Assembly (NCBI GenBank): GCA_023515795.1
Contig: JALGPX010000071.1
Coordinates: 1-57,348, forward strand
Reading direction: 5' to 3'
DNA length: 57,348 nt
Source of the DNA: Amoeboaphelidium occidentale
Taxonomy: Eukaryota
Position 1 is the first letter of the stretch; every line of letters starts with the position of its first letter. The position numbers and the translations under genes were made by a program. Below are positions 47,524-56,846 of this stretch, one piece after another. The notes beneath the pieces are model-generated. The model did no database searches and had not been told where the DNA came from. It saw nothing but the letters and a program-made list of their open reading frames with translations.

Positions 47524-50500
47524 ATGTCTGGTAAAAACTCTTCAAAAGTTGCACCCGCGCCTCATAAGGTCCGTGGTTGGTGGTTCCTCGACGACTGGTT
47601 CTTCGGTTACGTCTATCGCATTGGATTTAACGCATGGCTCTACGACAGAGATGCTTTGAAGTTTGTCCTTGCGAAGGAAGATTCTGCTCCTTTCAATGCC
47701 CAATTGATACTCGACAATTGGAATAAGGAGAAGCAAGAACATCCAAAGGATCCCTCAGTCTTTAGGGCTTTGTGGAAGTCTTACGGAAAGTATTATGCAT
47801 TGGTTGGTTTGTACAAGTTGGTCTGGAGTATCTGTACATGGTTTACGGCATGGTATGGTTTGAAGATGTTGTTGGAATTCGTTCAGTATAAGCAGAGCCA
47901 ATCTGTTGGTCAAGCATGGGCTCTGGCTTTGTTCTTGGGTTCATTCTTTAGTTCTATCGCAATTCATCAGTTGTATTCTCAGTGTAATCGTGTTGCAGTT
48001 CGTGTCAGGGCTGCGGTTTCATCTTTGGTTTACCGCAAAGCTTTGAGATTGTCTCGTGTTCGTGGGGGTGCTGGTGAAGTTATTAACATTCTCACCGGTG
48101 ATTTGCAGAGACTTGTTGATGCTGTTGCTAACGGTCACTTCTTGTGGTCTGCATTTATTGAAAGTGCTGCGATCATCATTATCTCCTTCCTTGAAATTGG
48201 TATCTCTGCTATTCCTGCTCTTGGCTTTGTGATCTTGTTGTTGCCTTTACAAATGTATTTGGCTAGCAAAACATCTAATGCTAATCGTGAACAGACCGCA
48301 ACTACTACTGAGAGAGTTCACATCATGTCTGAAATCTTGACTGCTATCAAATTGATCAAGTTTTATGCTTGGGAGAAACCTTTCAGGGCAAAGATCGATA
48401 AGATCAGAGAAAAGGAAATTGACTGCATTTACACTGCTATGATGATCAAGACTCTGAACTTTGCTATTGTCTTCTCTGTTCCTGTATTGATTGCTGTTTG
48501 TTCATTGGCTATGTACGTTAGCTTGGGCAATACATTGCAAGCTTCAACTGTTTTTGCTGTTTTATCTGTGTTCAACACACTCAGATATCCTCTTCTCTTA
48601 CTTCCTATGTCTGTCAAAGGTTTCGCTTCTGGTAGAATCGCTTTGAAGAAATTGGATCGTTTCTTGGATTCTGAAGAAATCGAAGAATTGCAAATTGCTC
48701 CTGCTATTGCTGGTAATGAAGATTTGGCTTGCGAAATCAAAGATGCTGACTTCCGTTGGGATGGTGGTGACACTGATGCTCCAACCATTAAGGATATTAA
48801 TTTAACAATCAAGAAAGGTCAAAAGGTTGCCGTTATCGGCGATGTTGGTGCTGGTAAATCATCTCTCTTGTGTGCTCTTCTCGGTCAAATCAGACAGACT
48901 AAAGGTGACAAATTGAAGGTCTTCGCATCCACATCGTATGTCAGTCAAGAAGCTTGGTTATTCAACGATACTCTTCGTCAGAATATTCTCTTCGGAAAAG
49001 ACTACGACAAGGAAAAATATTTGGAAGTTGTTCGTGTTTCCGGTTTGCAAAGAGATTTGACCTTGTTGTTGGCTGGTGATCAAACTGAAATTGCTGAAAG
49101 AGGTGCTAACTTGTCTGGTGGTCAACGTCAGCGTACTTCTATCGCTCGTGCAGTTTACTATGATGCTGATATTATTCTCATGGACGACGCACTATCTGCT
49201 GTTGATCAACATGTTGGTTCTCACATCTTTAACGAATGTATCATGGGTTACTTGAAGGACAAGACCGTTATTATGGCTATTCACCAGTTGCAGTACTTGA
49301 GTCAAATGGACTGGATTGTTATGATGAAGGATGGCGTAATTGAAAGACAAGGAACCTTCGAAGAATTGATGAAGTACGACAAGTTCAGCGATCTTATTTC
49401 AAGACACGTTGATAGTGGAGAAATCGAAGAAGCTGATGATGAGCCTGAAGTTTCAAACGACAAGAATTTCGAATTGCCTGCACCTCCTCCACAAATGGTT
49501 ATCAAGGTTGATGGTGAACAGAGCAATGAAGACAAGGCTTTGGCAGCAGAGCAACAGAACATTATGACAATTTCTTCTGCCAACATGATGTACAATGAAC
49601 TCTCTATGAGAAAATTGCACACAGTTGATGAGAGATCTGTCAGAACCATGTTGGAAAGAAACTCTTTGGCATCTTTCTCTCGTGCTGGTGGTCGTCGTGT
49701 TGACATCAAGACTGCTATTGAACAGAATGAATACTCTGTTTATAGCATTAAGGATGTTCAGCCAGTTGAGAAAAACGACGATGACATGCAAAAAGCTAAG
49801 GGTAAAATTACTGTTGAAGACAAATCCGCTGATTTCACCCTTGGTCATTGTATCAGCGTTTACGCAAAAGCTTACAATGGGGCAATTATTTTTACTCTTG
49901 CATGTCTTTTCTTCTTCTTAGTCCATGGTATTCGTATTGGTTCTGATTACTGGTTACGTTTATGGGTTCCAAGAGTTGGTGGATTTTCTGATGCTGTATA
50001 CCTCGGTGTTTACGCTGGTGCAGTCTTCTTATTCGCTACTGGTGTTTTCTTGAGAGGATGGTGGATGTCTTACTTGAACGTCAAGAAGTCTAGTTTCTTA
50101 CACTCTCAGCTGTTCCACTCTGTCATGCGCGCTCCTATGTCTTTGTTCGATTCTACTCCTGTTGGAAGAATTCTAGCTGCCTTCTCCAAGCACATGCTTC
50201 ACGTTGATGATATTATGCCTGATGCTTTGTTCCAGTTCCTTCAGTACGCTCCACTTGGTTTGGGTGCTTTGATTCTTTGCGCTGTTATCGTTCCTTACAA
50301 CTACATTCCTGTCCTTGTTTTGGTTGCTATTGCTTCTGCTGTGGTTTACTTTTCCGGAAAGGCTGAAGATAAGACTAAAGCTTTGGAAGCTATTACTCGT
50401 CCACCTATTTATGCTCATCTGACTTGCACCCTTGAAGGTTTGTTGAGTATCAGATCCTATCATGCTGAAGCACGTTTCGATCAAATGAACTTGGCTGCTC

Positions 50501-51699
50501 TGGACGATAATCACAGCAACTTGATGGCTATGAACATGGTCAAGTCTTGGATCGCTTTGAACTTGGATATTCTTTCTTCTCTTTTCGTTTACGGAACTGC
50601 TCTCTTGATTGTTGTTAACCCATCTATTCCTGACAGAGGCTCTGTTGCTGGTTTGGCTTTATCTAATGCATTGCAGATGTTGGTCTTTGTCCAATGGACT
50701 GTAAGAATGTTTGGTGACGTCATTTCACAAATGAGTTCAGTTGGTCAGATTGACTACTATGGTACTAAAATCACTCCTGAAGCTCCTGCAAACATTCCAG
50801 AGACACATCCTGGCAAAGACTGGCCACAAACTGGTACCATCAACTTTGAAAATGTTGTTTTGAGATATACTCCAAACGGTGTCAACGTTTTGAAGAATGT
50901 CTCATGGAAGGTTTATCCTGGGGAAAAGATAGGTATTGTTGGCGCGACGGGATCAGGAAAATCTACTCTCCTGGTTGCCTTACTCAGAATCGTTGAAAGT
51001 TATGCTGGAAAAATTACAATCGATGGTGTGGACATCTCTAAGATCGGATTGGAGGAATTGAGATCATGCATTGCAATCATTCCTCAGGAACCAGTCCTGT
51101 TCAAGGGTACTGTGCGCTCCAATCTCGATCCGTTTAACAAGGCTACTGATGACGAAATCTGGAAAGCGTTGGAAGCAGTCTACCTAAAAGACAATATTGC
51201 TGTTCGTCCTGGCAAATTGGACTCTGAAGTCATTGAAAATGGTAAAAACTTCTCCTTAGGTCAGAGACAACTCTTCTGTATTGCTCGCGCTATCTTATCC
51301 AAGAGTAAGGTCCTTGTTTTGGACGAAGCTACTGCGAATGTTTCTCCTGAAACTGACATGCTTATCCAAAAAGCCATCAGAGACAACTTCAATGATTTGA
51401 CTGTTCTTACTATCGCTCACAGACTCAACACGGTCATTGATTCTACTCGTGTCTTAGTTATGGATGCTGGTCAACTCGTTGAGTTTGATGAACCGTTGAA
51501 TCTTTTAAAGAAAGACAAAGGTAATTTCAAGCATTTAGTCAGTTGCACTGGTCCTGCTACCGCAAAACGTTTGTATGACATGGCCGAGGAAGCTTATGAA
51601 AGCAACAGTTATTTGCGTCACTACTACGAGCAAGATCAAGCGCTAGCACCAAAGGGTAACTTGGATATTCAACAGTTCGCATCTGGAAACCAGAAGTAA
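47524..51699 (+). CDS. ABCC/MRP-family full ABC transporter
   Basis: TMD-NBD-TMD-NBD layout with IKFYAWE, GDVGAGKS, LSGGQ, GATGSGKS, FSLGQRQL, LDEATA and IAHRL. Confidence 0.95.
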   Translation: MSGKNSSKVAPAPHKVRGWWFLDDWFFGYVYRIGFNAWLYDRDALKFVLAKEDSAPFNAQLILDNWNKEKQEHPKDPSVFRALWKSYGKYYALVGLYKLVWSICTWFTAWYGLKMLLEFVQYKQSQSVGQAWALALFLGSFFSSIAIHQLYSQCNRVAVRVRAAVSSLVYRKALRLSRVRGGAGEVINILTGDLQRLVDAVANGHFLWSAFIESAAIIIISFLEIGISAIPALGFVILLLPLQMYLASKTSNANREQTATTTERVHIMSEILTAIKLIKFYAWEKPFRAKIDKIREKEIDCIYTAMMIKTLNFAIVFSVPVLIAVCSLAMYVSLGNTLQASTVFAVLSVFNTLRYPLLLLPMSVKGFASGRIALKKLDRFLDSEEIEELQIAPAIAGNEDLACEIKDADFRWDGGDTDAPTIKDINLTIKKGQKVAVIGDVGAGKSSLLCALLGQIRQTKGDKLKVFASTSYVSQEAWLFNDTLRQNILFGKDYDKEKYLEVVRVSGLQRDLTLLLAGDQTEIAERGANLSGGQRQRTSIARAVYYDADIILMDDALSAVDQHVGSHIFNECIMGYLKDKTVIMAIHQLQYLSQMDWIVMMKDGVIERQGTFEELMKYDKFSDLISRHVDSGEIEEADDEPEVSNDKNFELPAPPPQMVIKVDGEQSNEDKALAAEQQNIMTISSANMMYNELSMRKLHTVDERSVRTMLERNSLASFSRAGGRRVDIKTAIEQNEYSVYSIKDVQPVEKNDDDMQKAKGKITVEDKSADFTLGHCISVYAKAYNGAIIFTLACLFFFLVHGIRIGSDYWLRLWVPRVGGFSDAVYLGVYAGAVFLFATGVFLRGWWMSYLNVKKSSFLHSQLFHSVMRAPMSLFDSTPVGRILAAFSKHMLHVDDIMPDALFQFLQYAPLGLGALILCAVIVPYNYIPVLVLVAIASAVVYFSGKAEDKTKALEAITRPPIYAHLTCTLEGLLSIRSYHAEARFDQMNLAALDDNHSNLMAMNMVKSWIALNLDILSSLFVYGTALLIVVNPSIPDRGSVAGLALSNALQMLVFVQWTVRMFGDVISQMSSVGQIDYYGTKITPEAPANIPETHPGKDWPQTGTINFENVVLRYTPNGVNVLKNVSWKVYPGEKIGIVGATGSGKSTLLVALLRIVESYAGKITIDGVDISKIGLEELRSCIAIIPQEPVLFKGTVRSNLDPFNKATDDEIWKALEAVYLKDNIAVRPGKLDSEVIENGKNFSLGQRQLFCIARAILSKSKVLVLDEATANVSPETDMLIQKAIRDNFNDLTVLTIAHRLNTVIDSTRVLVMDAGQLVEFDEPLNLLKKDKGNFKHLVSCTGPATAKRLYDMAEEAYESNSYLRHYYEQDQALAPKGNLDIQQFASGNQK

Positions 51700-51735
51700 T
51701 CAATAATCATATGAATGATAATAAAAAATAATCGT

Positions 51736-52233
51736 TTATTTGTTCATCAAGGCGCTGTTCATCATTGGTGTGTGAGGTGAGTCGTAAGGCTTTAGAGGTC
51801 CAGACAACTTCAACAATCGGCCCTTGTTTCTAATATTGTACACGAACCAAGGCAGTACCTCTTTCTCCTTTACGTCTTCACTTAGCCATAATTTCTTTAC
51901 TTCTTCAGCTAACCGTTTCCTCTTTGGGCATCCAACAGGACACTCTTCTTCCTCCAATCGCCTCTTTTTGTTTTGATACTCTTCGTAATGCGGGTCATGC
52001 ATTGAAGTATTTGAGCTGACAGAATTCAAAGGCGCAACGTAAGACGGGCGAGCATTCTTCATCTTCATCAACGCAGACACGGTAAACGTTTCAAAATCCA
52101 CAAGCGAAATGTAATCAGGTTCGCGATTTGATTGTTGTTGCGGCGCATTAGTGACGACAGGAGCATCGTTGCTTTCCCGTTCATCTCTAACGATGGAGTT
52201 TTGTAATAAAATGAGTTGAGGTGAAGTTTCCAT
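51736..52233 (-). CDS. Hypothetical 165-aa protein with basic NLS-like motifs
   Basis: ATG-started ORF converging on the ABC gene, containing KKRRL and KRKRL. Confidence 0.5.
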   Translation of the reverse strand: METSPQLILLQNSIVRDERESNDAPVVTNAPQQQSNREPDYISLVDFETFTVSALMKMKNARPSYVAPLNSVSSNTSMHDPHYEEYQNKKRRLEEEECPVGCPKRKRLAEEVKKLWLSEDVKEKEVLPWFVYNIRNKGRLLKLSGPLKPYDSPHTPMMNSALMNK

Positions 52234-52437
52234 ATCAAAGTTGGAATTACAGGGGAATCACAAAAAAATTCTATCAAAGGGGCAAAGCTCACGAAATAAT
52301 TTCAGCAAAAGGGACAATTATGGAACAGATATTCGAAAAGTTTATTGCGCAGAGCTCCAGCTCAAGCGTCTACATGCTGCGAACTGGAGTGCGAATGAGC
52401 TTTCTTAAAGGGGGTATATCTAGCTCCCTCTGAGCCC

Positions 52438-52632
52438 TGCAAGTTATGTTCCTTATGTTTACATGAGTTGAAACAGACAAAGTTTTGGGCGGTTAAAGTC
52501 TGTAATTTAGATTGCTTAACTGTTTGGAACAGGGACATCAACGCTGCACGAAATATCAGACATGTTTTCTTGGATTTGAATGCAAATGAAGGTAAAAGAC
52601 CGCTTGCGTTCTCCAGGAAGAATCGTGCATGA
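52438..52632 (+). pseudogene. Fanzor1/TnpB-like nuclease C-terminal remnant (zinc finger + RuvC-III)
   Basis: CKLCSLCLHELKQTKFWAVKVCNLDCLTVWNRDINAARNIRHVFLDLNANEGKRPLAFSRKNRA*. No ATG, and an upstream in-frame TGA at 52396-52398. Not in the ORF track. Confidence 0.8.
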
Positions 52633-52790
52633 TGTTTCGTCAGCTAACTGCAAAATTTAATTGGTGGAGAAAGGTGATTATGCTTCCACAGTCTCCACCA
52701 GCGTAGCCGAGAAATCTTGCGATTCGTGTGACGCTCTTCTAAGTAAGATTTGGTTTTATTTGAACTAATCCTGTAGCGAAGGGCCAGTTA
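52633..52790 (+). ncRNA. Putative Fanzor omegaRNA scaffold / transposon right end
   Basis: Stems TGGTGGAGA (52662-70)/TCTCCACCA (52692-700), AAATCTTGC (52712-20)/GTAAGATTT (52743-51) and TAACTG (52645-50)/CAGTTA (52785-90), immediately 3' of the nuclease stop. Boundaries are inferred. Confidence 0.5.
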
Positions 52791-52857
52791 TTAGTAATAA
52801 TGCGAAATGGTAAAAATAAAGTAATACGGAACTTAATGTGAAGATAAGTATAAAGTA

Positions 52858-53436
52858 TCACGTACTTGCTACTAAAGCCAAGTACTTTGCGGAAGGCAAC
52901 TTGGAATTGCTCGACTCAGATCCAGTATCAGGTGTAATTTTTTCAATATCTTGGACACACGTGACCAGAGTTTGTATCTCGACTCTGTCTTCAGTGTTAG
53001 AGTAGACAAATGACAAAGATTCCAGATCCTTTGCGAACATACTCAAAGTGCTGAGTTTGAACCAGACTTTATAATTCAAAGCCTTTAGGAACTCATTTTC
53101 CATCGTATTGACATCGTGCAATGGAATTTTCGACAGTTTTGACCAGACAGCGTTTGTGTAGGATTTATCATCAAGAACTTTGTTCGCGAGTATCAGACCA
53201 ACCAGAATTAGGCGATACTCAACACCGCGTATTTCTGCGCTGTACTTCTTTGATAGAATTGATCTGATACGTACACAATATGCTAGTGCAAGCAAGATCG
53301 TGCGTCTACAAACTCGAGTAGTTGTGACAAGCTGCAATATGAACTGCGCCAAAGAATCCAGATCCTGCTGTGATGGTTTCTGTTCATGCCACTGATTAAA
53401 CAGTACACTAGCGGCGAACTGCGAGATTGATTTCAT
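52858..53436 (-). CDS. PHO80/PCL-like cyclin (tandem copy 1)
   Basis: LILANKVLDDKSYTNAVWSKLSKIPLHDVNTMENEFLKALNY. Confidence 0.85.
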   Translation of the reverse strand: MKSISQFAASVLFNQWHEQKPSQQDLDSLAQFILQLVTTTRVCRRTILLALAYCVRIRSILSKKYSAEIRGVEYRLILVGLILANKVLDDKSYTNAVWSKLSKIPLHDVNTMENEFLKALNYKVWFKLSTLSMFAKDLESLSFVYSNTEDRVEIQTLVTCVQDIEKITPDTGSESSNSKLPSAKYLALVAST

Positions 53437-53606
53437 AAGGGACTTGTTTCAATTCTGAGTCACAAAAATCTGCAAGTGACATATCATGTTCTAGAACTTT
53501 ACCTGACAGTTAGTTGGTCATTCCTCTGGTGATTGGCGTATTTAGCCGAACGGAAGCCGATTTTAGTTTTTCCCACCTCAAGGAACAACAAAACGTATTT
53601 ATTTAT

Positions 53607-54227
53607 TTATTGAGCTACAGGCAAGGTATCAGAGCTAGAAACAATTGGAAGCTGCTTTGCTGAGAATGTAGCAACTTTGATATCATCGTATTGATCTGTA
53701 AAACGACATTGTCTTTCTTCAAAAGAGTGTATCAGTGACTGAACTGTGAGTAAACTCGAAGGCTTACAATACTTCATAGCAAGCAAGTTGAGATCCTTCA
53801 AGAAATCTTCCATTAAATTAGCCTTGAACCAAACGCGGTAACTAAGAAGCTGCAACAATTCAGTTTCCATCTTGTTCAGTTCTCGTAACGGTATTTGACT
53901 TATAAGACTCCATTCCGCATTACGAAACGGATTGTCATCAAGAACCTTATTAGCGATAATCAAACTTGTGATGAAGATTCTGTAAACTACGCCATGATTA
54001 TCACGTTCATCATGCTGTTTCAACAACGTACTCAGCTTGCTACTTAAAGCAAGACACAAAATCAGTGTGAAGTAGCTAATTTGAGTCTTCTCCGTGATTT
54101 TGGCAATGAACTTGTAGAGCTTTTTGAATTGATCAAGAGTTGGATCACCACCAACTTGCCACTGTCTCAACAACACGATAGTCGCAAACTCAATAAGCAA
54201 GGTGTACTTCTTGTGTTCAGTTTCCAT
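53607..54227 (-). CDS. PHO80/PCL-like cyclin (tandem copy 2)
   Basis: LIIANKVLDDNPFRNAEWSLISQIPLRELNKMETELLQLLSY. Confidence 0.85.
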   Translation of the reverse strand: METEHKKYTLLIEFATIVLLRQWQVGGDPTLDQFKKLYKFIAKITEKTQISYFTLILCLALSSKLSTLLKQHDERDNHGVVYRIFITSLIIANKVLDDNPFRNAEWSLISQIPLRELNKMETELLQLLSYRVWFKANLMEDFLKDLNLLAMKYCKPSSLLTVQSLIHSFEERQCRFTDQYDDIKVATFSAKQLPIVSSSDTLPVAQ

Positions 54228-54634
54228 GTCGTAACCCGAATGATGAAATTCTGACGGCAATTGTAGTGCATATATTTAGACCGTGACGTAATCAAATGAC
54301 TGTCAATTACCATGGCGTCATCGGATACATCTAAACTATGAACGGTCAGGTCATAGAATCTCTCACATTGATATCTCCTAGTTTCAGTGGTCTTTCGTGA
54401 ATGATTTCAGTGCGAGCCGTTGTAACCACCGACAAACCTCGTTCCCTTTGAAACTTAAAGCTGGTAATCAAAATGATATGACCGACATCGTAGTTAATTC
54501 TCGGTAACACTCAGGATGTAGTCATTCACTTAGCAACATGATAAGCATTAACATTTATTGAAATAGGAATTGATTATTAATTGAAACAGTTAACAAAACG
54601 TGTTGGTAAAGATAAAGAACAAAGATGATAAGAA

Positions 54635-55162
54635 TTAATCAAAATGCAGTGCACTTCTTACAATGTCTTGAACAGCGGCCAGCTCATGATACTGTAAACC
54701 AAATTGATCAAGCGAATCTAGGATACTCAGCAAAAAGCGCTTCAAACAACTGAACGAGAGCCAAACTTGGAAACCCAATACACCAAGATACTCTCGTTCC
54801 ATAGCACTGATCTCCTCAAGTGATACCAAAGATATTTTACTCCAAGCCACATTGGTGTATGCTTTATCATTGACAATTTTGTCAACGAGTATCAGAGACA
54901 TCAACAGTAACCTACACCCACAACCTTTTGCTTGATTGTTTGGCGTTCTTTTAATATGAGGCACTAGTTTAGTACAAAGATACAATGCGTACAGTACATT
55001 ATACTCTGGGACTTTTGATCTTCTTAGGAGTAACATACAAAAGCGTTTCAACTGATTGCTTTCCTTTCGCCCAACCTGTGCCGGTGATAAGTACCATTCT
55101 CGTAGAATAAAAGCAGATGCGAACTTTGAGAGCGCACTTAGTTCCCGTGACATGAAACTCAT
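54635..55162 (-). CDS. PHO80/PCL-like cyclin (tandem copy 3)
   Basis: LILVDKIVNDKAYTNVAWSKISLVSLEEISAMEREYLGVLGF. Start is 55162 or 55153. Confidence 0.8.
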   Translation of the reverse strand: MSFMSRELSALSKFASAFILREWYLSPAQVGRKESNQLKRFCMLLLRRSKVPEYNVLYALYLCTKLVPHIKRTPNNQAKGCGCRLLLMSLILVDKIVNDKAYTNVAWSKISLVSLEEISAMEREYLGVLGFQVWLSFSCLKRFLLSILDSLDQFGLQYHELAAVQDIVRSALHFD

Positions 55163-55217
55163 CCGCAAAATGTTTGGGTTATTTATAGCTAAAGATGCAG
55201 TTCCTTTTTTTGTAGAG

Positions 55218-55622
55218 ATGATCATTTCGCAATCCGTTGTCAAGGTGTTGGATAATTCCGGTGCAAACCTGGTAAAAGTCTTCAATGTGCTGGGAAAGAA
55301 GAAAATCGTTGGTAGACTCGGTGATATCGTCGTAGGTTCAGTTAAGCAGACTAAACTATTGGAAGACACTAAAGCAAACTCGCGAGTTCAAAAGGTATCA
55401 AAGGGCCAAGTGGTACGCGGAGTTCTAGTAAGATGCAAAAAGGAAACGCGTAGAGAGGATGGTTCTTATATCAGGTTCGATGATAATGCGATTGTGCTGG
55501 TGGAGTTAGACAAGAAGAAGGGCGTTGTCCCAAAAGGCACACGAGTTACCGGTGTCATAGCACAGGAACTTCGCAAGAAAAACATGACGAAAATCCTGAG
55601 CTTAAGCCCTCTTATTGTTTAA
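55218..55622 (+). CDS. MRPL14: Mitochondrial ribosomal protein uL14m
   Basis: MIISQSVVKVLDNSGA, GDIVVGSVK, DGSYIRFDDNA and PKGTRVTG. Confidence 0.9.
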   Translation: MIISQSVVKVLDNSGANLVKVFNVLGKKKIVGRLGDIVVGSVKQTKLLEDTKANSRVQKVSKGQVVRGVLVRCKKETRREDGSYIRFDDNAIVLVELDKKKGVVPKGTRVTGVIAQELRKKNMTKILSLSPLIV

Positions 55623-55651
55623 TAGAAATCCCATAATCTCTTGTTCCGAAG

Positions 55652-56821
55652 ATGATCACTTTTACTTTGGTCGCTCGAATTGTTGATGGCCTTCCATTGG
55701 CTGCTTCCGTTGATGATAACTCACAAACTGGAACAGGCGATGGTACCGATTCCGGAGGAAGTGATAATGTCAAAGTATCCCGGTATTTGTCCAGGAAGTT
55801 TACTCCACTCACATCTCCAACTCTGCCAACAGCTGCATCATTCAGTTACATGACAAGCGCAGCGATTCACTACATAATTGAGAATGGAGTTGTCTTTATA
55901 ACGATATCAGACAGGTCTTTCGCCAGGCTGTTGGCTTTTGCTTATTTAACTGAGCTGAAGACTCAATTTATGAAGAGCTACTCACAAGAGGACATTCAGA
56001 CACAGAAGAGGCCTTACTCGTTCATCAGATTCGAGTCTGAGATAAACAAAATTATGAAGAGGTACATGAACACAAGGAGTTTGCGAACTCAGAATATTGA
56101 TTTGGGTTCTTTGGCTGCGTTGATACAGAATTATCCGACGTTCTCTTTTCAAGAACTCTTTCCTGATTACGTTCCGGAACTTGCGAGTACTGCTTATGGA
56201 AGGAGGAAATCTCAGAATCGTTCAATTGCTAATGTTTCATCATCGGAATCGCTATGGTTGTATCTTAAAATGATTTGGTATCACGATAAGTTGTTTTTGG
56301 TTTACATGCTTTCTTTGCTGTACATCGCTTACTGGAGTATTACTTTTGATCTCTGGTTTGGGCTGGGATATCATCCTGCAGTTTCGAGAGATGATGGGTA
56401 TGATGCTGGTGGTGTAGATGCGGACCAGGAACACCTTATAGAAACAGAACATGTCCCTTACTACTTTTACTATTCGATTCTGGCTACTGCTTTGTGCTCT
56501 ATTATAATCTTCTCTCTTTTATTAAGACAGATATTACGAAAACTTGATTATGATTCTCTGCTGTTAGCCTTTTACATCCAAACTATTTCAAGCATCCTCT
56601 TTTTATCTCAATGCCTCAGTGTAGAAGCAGGGTATGGGTTCTCTTATTCAAAGTTCAGGAATAACGATTACTTTCTGGTTGATAGAAAGGAAGTCACAAT
56701 ATTTGGCGGATTGTTTCGACTTGACATGATGTTTTATACCATCAATGTCATTTCACTGTTTGTTTGGGCCTATTTCAGAGCCAAAGGGGAACAAGGGAAG
56801 CTTGCAAAGTATGAAGATTAA
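55652..56821 (+). CDS. Sec22-type longin domain fused to a multi-pass membrane region
   Basis: TLVARIVDGLPLAASVD, LAFAYLTEL and RPYSFIRFE, followed by about four hydrophobic segments. Confidence 0.7.
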   Translation: MITFTLVARIVDGLPLAASVDDNSQTGTGDGTDSGGSDNVKVSRYLSRKFTPLTSPTLPTAASFSYMTSAAIHYIIENGVVFITISDRSFARLLAFAYLTELKTQFMKSYSQEDIQTQKRPYSFIRFESEINKIMKRYMNTRSLRTQNIDLGSLAALIQNYPTFSFQELFPDYVPELASTAYGRRKSQNRSIANVSSSESLWLYLKMIWYHDKLFLVYMLSLLYIAYWSITFDLWFGLGYHPAVSRDDGYDAGGVDADQEHLIETEHVPYYFYYSILATALCSIIIFSLLLRQILRKLDYDSLLLAFYIQTISSILFLSQCLSVEAGYGFSYSKFRNNDYFLVDRKEVTIFGGLFRLDMMFYTINVISLFVWAYFRAKGEQGKLAKYED

Positions 56822-56846
56822 ATTAACGTTTTATTATTATTTTATC

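Noticed and set aside
55056..55369. Long antisense overlap between cyclin 3 and uL14m
   Set aside because: It disappears when the homology-supported ATGs (55162/55153 and 55218) are used.
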